Positions 19,793-30,141 are shown, numbered from the stretch's first letter. The stretch is 64,000 bases of DNA from Nitrososphaeria archaeon (GCA_027078545.1 JALWXN010000004.1:480001-544000); one strand, 5' to 3'. Notes: generated by a model from the letters alone, not told the origin. Program-made: numbers and translations.

Positions 19793-20501
19793 CAGTGTCC
19801 TGGGCTACGCCTATCTCTCGATGCTATGGATCATCAGGGAGCCTATATGGCTCCTCAACGGCTTCGTATGGATCGTCGGCTTCTTCATGATCTTCCACTT
19901 CTGGGGCGGCTCCGAGGCGCTCATCAACTATACAGTGGTCATCATAACGGCTGGATACTGGAGCATGGGGCTTAACGTAGGTGGCCAGGAGTATGGCTGG
20001 AACAAGATAACGAGGCTGGAGGAGTACTACATAGCGAGCCCCGTATCCTTCGGCGACTACTTCATTGGGATCACGATGGGTATGACCGCCACCTCACTAA
20101 TATACTCCCTCCCAGTCTTCCTCATAGCCCATCAGCTAGGGGTGCTACACCTGATGCCCCTCGTAATCCTCCTAGGTGCCTACCTAGTATTTGTCGGGAC
20201 AGCCACCTCGGTAGTGATCATCTCCAGGGTTAAGAACCCGATGAACATCTCCGCCTTGACCAACACTGTAAGCACGGTCCTCTCACTGGTCCCGCCTCTA
20301 TACTACCCAGCAACAGCCCTTCCCAAGCCCCTAGACGCATTGTCGTCGCTCCTCCCACATGTAGCCGCCACTGAGTATGTGAGGAGTATCGTGGGTATAG
20401 GCTCTGCACTACCACCGCTCCACAACCTCTTGATAATGGCTGGCTGGGGATTGGGGCTACTCATCCTTATCCATCGATATGTTACCTGGGGCTGGGAGTA
20501 G
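19779..20501 (+). CDS. ABC-2 type permease
   Basis: About 6 TM segments, PPLYYP..LP motif, overlaps the ATPase stop. Confidence 0.85.
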   Translation: MGRLNSVLGYAYLSMLWIIREPIWLLNGFVWIVGFFMIFHFWGGSEALINYTVVIITAGYWSMGLNVGGQEYGWNKITRLEEYYIASPVSFGDYFIGITMGMTATSLIYSLPVFLIAHQLGVLHLMPLVILLGAYLVFVGTATSVVIISRVKNPMNISALTNTVSTVLSLVPPLYYPATALPKPLDALSSLLPHVAATEYVRSIVGIGSALPPLHNLLIMAGWGLGLLILIHRYVTWGWE

Positions 20502-20585
20502 ATATCCGGTAAACCATTGTTTACCCATTGTTTACAGGGCTGTGTGGCTTGAACGGGATATAACTGCGTAGCGGATAAATGTTAC

Positions 20586-20659
20586 GAGGGGGATGATGAG
20601 AGAGGCCCTCAGGGACTCCTGATGACCGGATCCCACGGGGGCTCGTCAGACCCTCCACA
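20586..20659 (+). ncRNA. Putative structured sRNA (C/D-box-like or long hairpin)
   Basis: GAGGG/CCCTC terminal stem, ATGATGA (box C), internal CTGATGA (C'), CAGA (D-like); GATATAAC about 25-30 nt upstream. Confidence 0.45.
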
Positions 20660-20661
20660 GG

Positions 20662-21750
20662 CTATAGAAGCTCCAGGAGCTCCCTACCCTTATCAGAAAT
20701 TATCCTGAGGGGTATCCATGAGATCCCCGTCCCCAACAGCTCCTCATAGAGCGCCTCATAGGCAGCCCTCTCAACCCTCCAGAATAGGAGGCTGGCCATG
20801 TAGAGACTCTTATCAATATCTCTGTATAGCTGGGCATATACGGATTCCACTAGTCTATCCATGATCTCGTAGGCGTTGCCCATACGTCTAGGCCTATGCC
20901 TCCTTAATATGTACTCGAAGCTGTTGAGTAGTGACGCGACATCCCTAAGTATCTCCTCCACATCCCTCCTAGGTATCGGCTCTCTATAGGGCTCCCCCAT
21001 ATAATCGGTTAGGAAGAGCTGTTTACCCATGCGTATGTACTGGCCCAGATGTATATCTCCATGTAGAAACCCGTAGTGCTTCATCGCTGTTGGTAGCCTC
21101 TTCCTCCTGAGGGCATCATGTAGATCCCTAAGGAGCTGTGGGGCCCCCCTTATACCTAGCCCCTCAAGCTGGTAGGCCCTCACTAACAACCTGTTACGCC
21201 AATCATCAACCAGGTATTCGGGATCAGATATTGCTATTCGGCGCATCTCCATCAGTATCGAGTCGGCCTCCATAAGGGTGTCTAATGCACTGTTCAGTAG
21301 CATCGAAACCTTCCCCCACTCCTCGGATGAAACTAGCCCGTCTATAACCGTGTCCAGCCTCTCACCAGGTAGATACTCAGTCAAGACCGCTACCTCGAAG
21401 TTCCCGTAGTTACCACTCTCCACCAAGTACCTCCCCAATGGCTTGGGTGAGATGCCAATCCTCCCCAATATTCTGAGTAGGGGCTCTTCATAGACTCCTT
21501 TGGGGACGAGTCTCCTAATAGTCAGTAGCTTATCACCCAGCCTGTAATGTACTGATTCGCAGCCTCTACCCATAGGCTTGGCCCCGGGTAGGAACCTATC
21601 TACAATGGCCTTTATAGCGTCTTCCCCAGGGACTAGATATTCCGTCTCGTGGATCCTTATCACCCTGTGGCTAAACCCTATTCCACTTATTTCCCCCAGC
21701 TCCGCTACGTCATAGATCTCTGGTGAATAGTCTATGAATGGACACCTCAT
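20662..21750 (-). CDS. Maltokinase (Mak/Pep2)-like phosphotransferase
   Basis: HGDIHLGQ, DYMGEP, RDVASLLNSFEY, ERAAYEALYE. Confidence 0.8.
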   Translation of the reverse strand: MRCPFIDYSPEIYDVAELGEISGIGFSHRVIRIHETEYLVPGEDAIKAIVDRFLPGAKPMGRGCESVHYRLGDKLLTIRRLVPKGVYEEPLLRILGRIGISPKPLGRYLVESGNYGNFEVAVLTEYLPGERLDTVIDGLVSSEEWGKVSMLLNSALDTLMEADSILMEMRRIAISDPEYLVDDWRNRLLVRAYQLEGLGIRGAPQLLRDLHDALRRKRLPTAMKHYGFLHGDIHLGQYIRMGKQLFLTDYMGEPYREPIPRRDVEEILRDVASLLNSFEYILRRHRPRRMGNAYEIMDRLVESVYAQLYRDIDKSLYMASLLFWRVERAAYEALYEELLGTGISWIPLRIISDKGRELLELL

Positions 21751-21839
21751 CCCCAGACATTTTTAATGAGGAGGGATATGCTAAATCACGTTTTCCGTAA
21801 ATATCGGGTTCAAATATTCTGCGAAACATATTTTTACAT

Positions 21840-23306
21840 ATGTTTAGGAGGCTTGTGGCCCTCCCCCTAGTCCTCCTGCTCCTCCTATCGCCGGTGGCCG
21901 CCTTCTTCATAAACGTTCCTCCCGACCAGGAGACCATTGGCCTAAACTTCGACGACGCTGGGAATGACCTCGAGTTCTTCGGAGCCAATGACGCGGTAAC
22001 AGTTGTTGGCTATGCCATGCTTAACGGTACGTATAGGGTCGGCTATGTAGGCCTCTTCAACAACGGTGTAGCCAAGTTCCACAGGTATTTCGAGGTGCCT
22101 GGCCAGCTCACCAGCGGCTTCTACGACGTCGAGGTCTATAACTTCAACGTTACGATGCCGGCTATAGGGGCTGCCGTGGGATGGGTAGAGTTCAACGTGA
22201 ATGATACCAGGCCGATCTTCATCTCGTATGACGATAGTGGGACACTTCTCTGTAGCATAGTGATGAGGTTCTCGGTAGGTGGTCAGAACCAGTCATGGTT
22301 CGAGGGACTCGCCCTGGTGAATAGCTCAGGAATATACACGGCCTATGCAGTTGGGACGGTGGATGGAAAGGGCCTGATAGCGGCGATTACCCAGACCACC
22401 CTGCTTAGCTGTAGGGTTGAGTGGGTACGTGTGATCCTCCCGCCGACCGGCTATAACTCCATGACCCTGGTGGATATAGAGGAGATAAATGGCTCCGGCT
22501 CGTTCCTGGCCTTAGCCGAGCTTAGGTCTGGACAGTCAGTAGACATGGGTATTGTTAGGATATCGTCCTCCGGCCTGCCAACAGACATAACGATCCTCAA
22601 CAGCGCCACGGATATCGAGCCTGGCGACATGTATGTCAATTCCACTAGGCATGTGATAATAGTTGGGTCGCAGCAGAACGTGGCGGATCCAAACATGGTG
22701 CTCGTCGTGCTAGACCCGACACTGTCCCCGGCCTGCTCCCTAGAGGTTGATATAGATATCTTTGACAGGGCTACCGGGGTAGAGCAGGATGGATATGGAA
22801 ATATACATGTCTCGGGCTACTATGAGGGGCCAGGAAATCTAGGGGTCGCCTATAGGGGGGTCTTCTTCCCCGACTGTAGGCCTATCCAGTTCAATGGATA
22901 TCTCACGACTACGTCACGCTTCATGGATGTGGAGCCATATGTAAACAAGACTGGGACGCCCCACTACGGCTCGGTGGTGTACTTCACTGGCTGGGTTAGC
23001 AGCGGCTTCCCCAACGACTTTCCACAGATAAACTATGACTATCGCCCGATGAACATCTCAGTCTCGACCTATAGTCTGACTAGATATGGTGTCCCAACTG
23101 ACTATTCACGGGGAGTACTCAACCCGTTGAACCCTGCTATCAATACACCGGTGAACCAGGATATACTCTTGATGCGTGTATCGAGTAGCCTACCCATCAT
23201 TCCCGAGGCCCCGACCCCAATACTGTTCCTGGCTGTGGCTGCCGCGGCTGTAATCCTGTTTAGGAGGGCTAGGTGGGCGGCGTCTCGAGGCTCACGGGTC
23301 CCGTAG
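21840..23306 (+). CDS. Secreted beta-propeller-like surface protein with PEF-CTERM-like anchor
   Basis: Signal peptide, many N-x-S/T sites, DGYGNIHVSG blade motif, IIPEAPT + TM + basic tail. Confidence 0.65.
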   Translation: MFRRLVALPLVLLLLLSPVAAFFINVPPDQETIGLNFDDAGNDLEFFGANDAVTVVGYAMLNGTYRVGYVGLFNNGVAKFHRYFEVPGQLTSGFYDVEVYNFNVTMPAIGAAVGWVEFNVNDTRPIFISYDDSGTLLCSIVMRFSVGGQNQSWFEGLALVNSSGIYTAYAVGTVDGKGLIAAITQTTLLSCRVEWVRVILPPTGYNSMTLVDIEEINGSGSFLALAELRSGQSVDMGIVRISSSGLPTDITILNSATDIEPGDMYVNSTRHVIIVGSQQNVADPNMVLVVLDPTLSPACSLEVDIDIFDRATGVEQDGYGNIHVSGYYEGPGNLGVAYRGVFFPDCRPIQFNGYLTTTSRFMDVEPYVNKTGTPHYGSVVYFTGWVSSGFPNDFPQINYDYRPMNISVSTYSLTRYGVPTDYSRGVLNPLNPAINTPVNQDILLMRVSSSLPIIPEAPTPILFLAVAAAAVILFRRARWAASRGSRVP

Positions 23307-24885
23307 CTGACATGTCTCCCCCGAGGGCTGCGGAGATGTTCCTAAGCATCTCCGGGCCCCACTCCTTTTTCTCAGCCGCTTCGTAGGCCTCCTTCACCCC
23401 GAGTATCCTAGCCGTCGAGAAGAATAGCTTCTTGGCCCTCAGTAGGAGCTCCTCACCCTCCATCGGCCTAGCCAGCTGGATAAGGGTCTCCTTGGCCTCC
23501 TCGGCAAGCCTCTTATCAACCAGCCTGACTATGCCCACCGCCTCCTCCAGCTCGGGTAGGAGCCTCTCTATCCCCCTCTTCCTATATAGGGCCTCCAGCC
23601 AGTCGAGGATATGTATATTCGTGGATCCCTCCCATATCGTGGTGACCAGAGCCTCCCGGTGGAGACGCTCCACTATATGCTCCCTCAGGAAGCCCCGGCC
23701 CCCTAGGAGCTCCATAGCCTCCCCAGTGATCTCGACGGCCTCCCTGGCTACGTAGCCCTTTGCGAGGTGGTTATAGACCCTGGCATGGATATACTCCGGG
23801 CTGTATGGAGGCTTCTCATTGGCTACCCGTCTCCACAGCTCCACAGCCCTGTGGGTAAGGGCTAGTGCTATGAAGCTCCTGGCGTCCAGCCTACCCAGGT
23901 CGGACCTGTAGATAGGCTGTTCGATCAATAGCCTGCCGAAGACCCTCCTCCGGCTGGCGAAGGCCAACGCCTCTAGGAGGCTCCTCCTAGCCAGGCCCAC
24001 AGCACCAGCCGAGTTTGCTAGCCTAGAGATCATCAGGTTCTCCAGGGCGTAGTATATTCCTAGATCCTCCCTACCGACAGGCTCGGCATAGCTATCCTCC
24101 AGCATCACCTCCCCGGTAGGCACGACCAGGGTGCCGAGCTTCTCCTTAAGCCTTACGACGCGGTAGTTTGGCTCGCCATCATGTGTACGGGGGAGGTAGT
24201 AGAGGCCCAGGCCACGGACACCCTCCTCACCACCCTCCCTCCTAGCCAGGACCAGGGCATGGTCAGCCAGCCCCACGTTACTCGTGAAGAACTTGTAGCC
24301 GGTTATCCTCACACCATTACCTGCTCTACGGGCTAGGCTCTCTATCCTGGCCAGGTCGCTACCGGCCTCCACCTCGGTGAACCATGTCCCGCCATACTCA
24401 ACCCCCTCTAGCCCCGCTAAGGCCCTATACTCCCTCGTCATGCCGGGCATATACTTCTTCAGGGCGAACGCCGTCTGGGCAGTGACGGTCAATATACACT
24501 CGTAGCCGGCGTCGCCTATCAGGTATAGCTGTGCCATATGCCCATGCCAGTCACCATCCTCAGTAGCTCTTGAGATACATCTAAACCTCTTAACCGTCTC
24601 CTCAAGTGTTTGGAGAAGCTCATCGGGAAGGTAGACCCTCCACTGGGGCCTACCCATCACATCCCAGTGGACGAGGCGAGGACCACCCATAGCCTCCACA
24701 GTCCTCACAGCGTCGAGAATACCCGTGTTGCAATACCCTGAAAACCTGCTAAGCCCCTCCCTAGGGACGCCCCACCTACTGAGCACTGCGTCCAGCCCAG
24801 GGTCAAGCCCAAAAGTCTCGAGGCCCTCCAGGAGACTATACCAACCCCCCAAGACAGACCCCAAGACAAGGAATAGCAGATACAC
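23269..24885 (-). CDS. Acyl-CoA dehydrogenase (AidB-like); start uncertain
   Basis: TWFTEVEAGSD, ITGYKFFTS, RLKEKLGT..VPTGE, RRVFG, LGGRG, IWEGSTNI. Confidence 0.9.
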   Translation of the reverse strand: MYLLFLVLGSVLGGWYSLLEGLETFGLDPGLDAVLSRWGVPREGLSRFSGYCNTGILDAVRTVEAMGGPRLVHWDVMGRPQWRVYLPDELLQTLEETVKRFRCISRATEDGDWHGHMAQLYLIGDAGYECILTVTAQTAFALKKYMPGMTREYRALAGLEGVEYGGTWFTEVEAGSDLARIESLARRAGNGVRITGYKFFTSNVGLADHALVLARREGGEEGVRGLGLYYLPRTHDGEPNYRVVRLKEKLGTLVVPTGEVMLEDSYAEPVGREDLGIYYALENLMISRLANSAGAVGLARRSLLEALAFASRRRVFGRLLIEQPIYRSDLGRLDARSFIALALTHRAVELWRRVANEKPPYSPEYIHARVYNHLAKGYVAREAVEITGEAMELLGGRGFLREHIVERLHREALVTTIWEGSTNIHILDWLEALYRKRGIERLLPELEEAVGIVRLVDKRLAEEAKETLIQLARPMEGEELLLRAKKLFFSTARILGVKEAYEAAEKKEWGPEMLRNISAALGGDMSATGPVSLETPPT

Positions 24886-24950
24886 ACACTTAACTGGGGA
24901 GAGGCTGTGGACAGCCTATATCGTCGGTAAGCAGGAATAGTTTCTATGGA

Positions 24951-26621
24951 ATGGGGGATGGACACGTCAGGAAGGTCTACATAGCCACATGGGGAGACTT
25001 CCACAGGTGGGATAAGGTAATCTACGAGTACAATAATAGGAAGAAGGAGGCTAAAGACTCACTCGCCATAGTCGCAGAGGTTGAAAAAGCCGGGAAAGGA
25101 AAGAATATCAATGATAATAAGTTTAGTATTCTCATATTTCTGCCCGAGAGCCTCGTAGCAACTATTCGTAAGCCTCCCAGAGAGCCGGAAGACGTGTCCT
25201 ATGCGATAGAGAGTCTAAAATCCGAGTGTAGATACTTCATATACCACGAACTAGGAGTTACGAGTGATGATGATCTGGCTATAAGGGTCATACCTAGTAA
25301 AGGGCTCTTCATAGCTAATAGCTCGCCATGCTCCTCAAAAATTTGGTTTGATACGCACATGGCTGACGCCAAACACATTATGTATAAGCACCTCATGGAC
25401 CATATTATCCGGGAGATTAGGCTCCTCAGGGAAGAAGCTGATAATGGTGGCAAGAGGGGAGGTTCAAAGCCTAGGCTCGAAGTCATCCTAGACCTGACAC
25501 ACTCTATTAATTACTTCTCGGCCTTGGCTCATGAGAATGTGATGAAGCTGATGGGGCTCCTTGAGATAGTGAAGAATCTCCTAGGCATAGATACTGTTCT
25601 CAAGGTAATAAACGCCGACCCCTATATTCCCGGGATGAAGAAGCAGAACCTCACTGTAAACCCCCTCTACACTGTCGATAAGGCAGGAGGGGGTAGGAAG
25701 TCCTACATCATAAATCCCTACCTACCCTTCATACATTCCACGAAAGGTGATAGGCTCAACGATAAGAGGCCATACTCATTCAAAGGGGGTAGTGACCTGG
25801 CTCGGAAGCTCAGCCCCTATTTGAAGAAATATGTCGAGGAACGCGTAGAGTATGTCGAGTTCCTGTCTAAGGCCTACTACTTGAACGCCCCCTTGGCATT
25901 GATGGCTACACCTCTAGACATCATGGAGCGTGGGATAGGAGAGATTATAGACATAGTGTTGGATACATACTACAACAAGGCAACAGAGGCATGTAAGGGC
26001 GGTGACACAGAGGATGACCGAGAGGGGCGACGATGCAAGGAACGCGCACCAGAGGCATATAGGGACGGTGACATCCTCGTGATTAAGCGGCACTTGATCC
26101 TGACCGACTCATTCCACGACATAGTCTCCATCTATGGATTCGCCAGACTACTGAACATGAGTGGAAGAGTCAACAAGTGTAGGCCTACTATGAGTGAGTT
26201 AGCCAACTTCTCCAATGCACTCTATCATAACAATGTCCAGAGTAGGATGATCGTGGATAATGAGATAGGATCCATAGCCAACAACATATGTAGATACGTT
26301 ATTCGTAGGGTTAAGTCGGGGGAGGGGCCTAGACGTATAAAGAAGGGGCTGGTGGACGTATTCGGGGAGACGATGGGCATACAGTATGCCATGAGCGATA
26401 AGAAGAAAAGTACAAGGAACTTCGTGGCTCATGCTGGGTTGGCCAAGGAGGTTGTATGTATAGATTTGGAGGTTGGTAATCGGCTAGTCTCGATGATTAA
26501 TAAGAATCTTGAGGATGGGAGTGAAGAGTGTAGGGGGATACAAGAGATAATTGGTAGGACAAGGCTATGGTATAACAAGGATTGGAGGTCTCTACTGAGG
26601 AGCCATATGGCTGTTGTGTAG
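24951..26621 (+). CDS. csx1: Csx1 CARF-HEPN cOA-activated ribonuclease
   Basis: IATWGD..RW..VIY, LPES, DLTHSINY CARF motif, RNFVAHAGL HEPN Rx4H. Confidence 0.92.
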   Translation: MGDGHVRKVYIATWGDFHRWDKVIYEYNNRKKEAKDSLAIVAEVEKAGKGKNINDNKFSILIFLPESLVATIRKPPREPEDVSYAIESLKSECRYFIYHELGVTSDDDLAIRVIPSKGLFIANSSPCSSKIWFDTHMADAKHIMYKHLMDHIIREIRLLREEADNGGKRGGSKPRLEVILDLTHSINYFSALAHENVMKLMGLLEIVKNLLGIDTVLKVINADPYIPGMKKQNLTVNPLYTVDKAGGGRKSYIINPYLPFIHSTKGDRLNDKRPYSFKGGSDLARKLSPYLKKYVEERVEYVEFLSKAYYLNAPLALMATPLDIMERGIGEIIDIVLDTYYNKATEACKGGDTEDDREGRRCKERAPEAYRDGDILVIKRHLILTDSFHDIVSIYGFARLLNMSGRVNKCRPTMSELANFSNALYHNNVQSRMIVDNEIGSIANNICRYVIRRVKSGEGPRRIKKGLVDVFGETMGIQYAMSDKKKSTRNFVAHAGLAKEVVCIDLEVGNRLVSMINKNLEDGSEECRGIQEIIGRTRLWYNKDWRSLLRSHMAVV

Positions 26622-26739
26622 TGGCGTAACACCTCCGTTTCCCAGAAGTATATATCACGATTTTTAGAAAAGTTGGAAATCCAAAAATCGGATTTTCCAA
26701 TAGATTTATATAGCATCCGCCTGATGTTGATTAGCAAGG

Positions 26740-28155
26740 GTGGTGTCTAGGCTGAGTAGGATATTCTTTCTCCCACTGCTCCTGGTCTTGCTCTTGCCTC
26801 TCGTCGGTGGTCTCCCCCAGTATCACTGGGCTAGTGTTACTGAGATTGGTGGTGTGGATATCCTTTGGAGGGATGCAGCGGTATGGGGTGACGCGGCTGC
26901 CCTTGGTGGGAGCTTTGCCGAGTATCCCCTCGTAGGCTTCATGAACATGACGAATTCTGGTTTCTGGTTATCCAGGATAGATACTGAGGGTGTCGCCTCG
27001 GCTGTGGAGCTCGTAGCTATAGCTGGTGACCTATATATAGCGGTGGGTGGCTGGGTCTTCGACCAGACAGGCTTGAAGAGGCCCTACGTAGCATTGATGA
27101 ACATGTCCGGGGAGCTGGTCGACTCAGAGGCCCCGCTCAACATTACTTTTGAGGATGGTGGGGTGACGGATCTCCTCCTGGGTCTGGATGGGAACCTCTA
27201 TGTCTTGGGCTATGCATTCGTTCCAGGCTCTGGCTATACACCCTTCTACTCGAGGTATAACCTAACCAGCCTCTCGATCGACTTCACCATGACCTACCCG
27301 GGTATGGGTAGGAGTACGAGGATGGCCTGGACAGATGCCTCGGCACTACTGGTCTCGAATAGGGATGGGGACATATTCCTCCTCGAGGTCGGGATCATCG
27401 ATGGGGTGCCGATCCAGTTTACACGGCTCTCTGGCGATGCCTTCGGACCAGAGATCTATGGCTACGACATCGCCTATGAGAACTGGACTATACTCCTGGC
27501 CGGTAGGACATCTGGGGGCTCAATGATGCTGGTCATGGAGTATCCGGGCTACAACCCCCTATGGCTAGGTAGCCAGACACTGGTCAACATGACTGGCGCC
27601 GAGTTCGACGGGCTTGGATACATGTATTTCATAGGTAGTGGTAGGGCCTTGATGGGTCAGAACACTAGTGGAGCCATTATATACCGCTTCAACCAGACCC
27701 CCACAGGTGGAGTGTTGCTAGACTACTGGCTGGTGGACAGCCCAGCTGAGGACGTGGTGACCGGCTCGGATATTGATGACCAGATCGTGGTGGCGGGCTA
27801 TGGGGACAGCTTCAGCCAGCCTGGTAAGGACGGATTATCCTTCCTCTATACCCACCAGCTAATGGACATCACCTTCCCAGCATGTCAAAACATTGGCACG
27901 ATAGATGTGGAGAGATATGCGAGGAGCCTCAACAGCTTCGCCGAGGAGCTCGAGGTTATACGTGAGGGTCCTGGGAGCAGCCCGGGTAGGCCGGAGCCAC
28001 TGGCCCTCACGGCATCAATGTTCGAGGAGAGCTTCACATGCATCGGCTATGACCCCAACAACCCGCCGATCATACCGGAGTATACACCCCTCCTCCTAGT
28101 AGCCGCCGCGGCTGGTGGGATAATCCTATACAGGGTGCTGAGGAGATACGCCTGA
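26740..28155 (+). CDS. Secreted beta-propeller-like surface protein with PEF-CTERM-like anchor (similar architecture to 21840)
   Basis: Signal peptide, DGNLYVLG blade motif, IIPEYTP + TM + basic tail. Confidence 0.65.
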   Translation: MVSRLSRIFFLPLLLVLLLPLVGGLPQYHWASVTEIGGVDILWRDAAVWGDAAALGGSFAEYPLVGFMNMTNSGFWLSRIDTEGVASAVELVAIAGDLYIAVGGWVFDQTGLKRPYVALMNMSGELVDSEAPLNITFEDGGVTDLLLGLDGNLYVLGYAFVPGSGYTPFYSRYNLTSLSIDFTMTYPGMGRSTRMAWTDASALLVSNRDGDIFLLEVGIIDGVPIQFTRLSGDAFGPEIYGYDIAYENWTILLAGRTSGGSMMLVMEYPGYNPLWLGSQTLVNMTGAEFDGLGYMYFIGSGRALMGQNTSGAIIYRFNQTPTGGVLLDYWLVDSPAEDVVTGSDIDDQIVVAGYGDSFSQPGKDGLSFLYTHQLMDITFPACQNIGTIDVERYARSLNSFAEELEVIREGPGSSPGRPEPLALTASMFEESFTCIGYDPNNPPIIPEYTPLLLVAAAAGGIILYRVLRRYA

Positions 28156-28215
28156 CCACCGATCCCTGGGACGGTAGGAGTAAAATCTGGGTGGATACTA
28201 TACTAGGATATTGAT

Positions 28216-29064
28216 ATGGACCGCGGCCTCGATAAGATCTATAGGCTTCTATGGCCGATGAGGCCTGGGGACAGTGGTGCCATTGAACGGTTCCACCGCC
28301 TAACCATGGAGTTCACTAGGCTGATAAGTAGCTGTGAACCGCTGAAGAGGCTGGGGGAGAGGGGTGTAGTCAGGATCCTCGAGCTGGGTAGTGGTACGGG
28401 GATAGCGGGTGTAGCCCTCTCCAAGGCGCTTCACGGCATGGGTATAGGTGTAGATATAGACTTCACAGATATCAGGGAGGGGGATCTCGATGCTGTTGAG
28501 GAGTGGCTCGAGACAGTGGGGCTCAGAGGGATAAGGCATAGGAGATACGTCCTAGACTCACGCAGCATACCTAAGAAGCTAGGCGGGGAGGAGTATGACC
28601 TAGTCCTATTCTTCGGCTCCCCACTACCCCATCTAGACGTGTTCGAGTATATCCTCACCGTCGCCGGGATTAGCCAGGTACTCAGGAGAGACGGGGTGTA
28701 CATGGTGGAGCAGTACAACCTGGGCTGGGAACTGCTGAGGAGGCGTGGGTTCCAGGAGATACTCCTGGAGAATAGGCTCGGCGAGGGGGAGGCGCTGATC
28801 TCTATCTACACAGGCTACGACGAGTATAGGGGTGTCCAGGAGAGGAGCTACTACAGGATACCAGGTATGGAGTATATAGGCAGGATGAGGTCTAGGCTAT
28901 GGGACATAGCCTCGATAATAGGTATCAACTGGATATTCTTCAGGAACGTGGAGATCAGGAGCTTCAGGGACATCCGGGAGGCCAGGGCGATAATCTCATG
29001 GGATACTAGGAAGGAGAAGCCAGGCTGGGAAGAACTATACAACACCCTCCCCAGCCAGGAATAG
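28216..29064 (+). CDS. Class I SAM-dependent methyltransferase
   Basis: ILELGSGTG motif I, FTDI, YDLV, LRRDG. Confidence 0.88.
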   Translation: MDRGLDKIYRLLWPMRPGDSGAIERFHRLTMEFTRLISSCEPLKRLGERGVVRILELGSGTGIAGVALSKALHGMGIGVDIDFTDIREGDLDAVEEWLETVGLRGIRHRRYVLDSRSIPKKLGGEEYDLVLFFGSPLPHLDVFEYILTVAGISQVLRRDGVYMVEQYNLGWELLRRRGFQEILLENRLGEGEALISIYTGYDEYRGVQERSYYRIPGMEYIGRMRSRLWDIASIIGINWIFFRNVEIRSFRDIREARAIISWDTRKEKPGWEELYNTLPSQE

Positions 29065-29178
29065 CCAGGCAACGAACCAACGGAGACATATACACCCCCA
29101 ACCAACAGGCACCAGCCATAGACCCAGTAAAAAACTTAAAGCCTTAAATAGGGAATATAGTATCAACAGGTATGGAGT

Positions 29179-29271
29179 AGCCGGGTGGCGCAGCCAGGCA
29201 GCGCGCCGGGCTCATATCAAGCTCCGGGGGATACCCGGAGGTCGGTGGTTCAAATCCACCCCCGGCTACCA
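29179..29271 (+). tRNA. tRNA-Met(CAT), probably initiator, with about 16-nt intron (29217-29232) and encoded CCA
   Basis: AGCCGGG/CCCGGCT acceptor with A1:U72, CCGGG-CT-CAT-A[intron]A-CCCGG with three G:C pairs, GGTTCAAATCC. Confidence 0.9.
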
Positions 29272-29472
29272 TTTCTCCTCCTGGGTTTTGACGTGTCTAT
29301 TAACAATGTGGATAGGCTCCTCTACTAAGGGAAAATTGTTAAAAATAGAGGTTCTAGAAAGCGTAGATTTAACAATAATCTGGCTAGGCAGGGGGTCTAG
29401 ATAAGCCTAGGGGGATGGAGCATTGCCACTCCACATGGGGTTGACCGCAAACATGTCTATACTCAGCAGTCC

Positions 29473-30141
29473 TCAGGATCCGTTGAGCTTATCTAGTTCA
29501 AGGGTTTTCCAGAGTATCCTATCCACCTCCTCCACATCCACCCAGCTAAGATTGGTGAACCTAGCCACTATCAAGTACATGAAGGAGAAGATGGCGTGGC
29601 GCCCCGCATCTATGACGACCTCCTCAGAGCTTGACACCTCCCTAAGCCTCTCCAGGAGAGCCTCCCTCTTCTCCTCCACCTCCCTATCAACGGCCTCCAT
29701 ATCCTTGGGGTATAGGGCGAATATCACTTCCACTTGGTTCCAACCCTTCTCCTCCCTGTAGAGGACCAGCCTAGACACTCCCTTCTTCGGGGGTAGCTCT
29801 AGTAAGAGCTCAAGACTATATCTTAGGGGGTCAACAGATATGCTAAGCAGCCTTGGGATCCTATCTTCAAAGCCGAGGTCTCTAAATATATTTTTAGCCC
29901 ATCTCTCATACATCTCCTCGGCCAGGACAAACATCGCACCGAACGACTCAGCCCTACCAGACCTAAGTATCCTAGCCACCAACCCCTCTCTATCCCCAAT
30001 ATCATGGACATAGCCCTGCATCGCCCTAATCACATTAACAGCAAGCCTCAAAACCTGCTCCATACTAATATCCATATCATTGCTGAGCCTCAGCAACTCT
30101 CTCCAAACATCCATAGGAATCTGGTTCAGCCTACGCTCCAC
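29473..30141 (-). CDS. Hypothetical protein with RHH-like N-terminus, downstream of the array 3 trailer
   Basis: IPMDVWRELLRLS..DISMEQVLR.AV pattern; the longer ORF start (30246) runs into low-complexity flank. Confidence 0.6.
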   Translation of the reverse strand: MERRLNQIPMDVWRELLRLSNDMDISMEQVLRLAVNVIRAMQGYVHDIGDREGLVARILRSGRAESFGAMFVLAEEMYERWAKNIFRDLGFEDRIPRLLSISVDPLRYSLELLLELPPKKGVSRLVLYREEKGWNQVEVIFALYPKDMEAVDREVEEKREALLERLREVSSSEEVVIDAGRHAIFSFMYLIVARFTNLSWVDVEEVDRILWKTLELDKLNGS

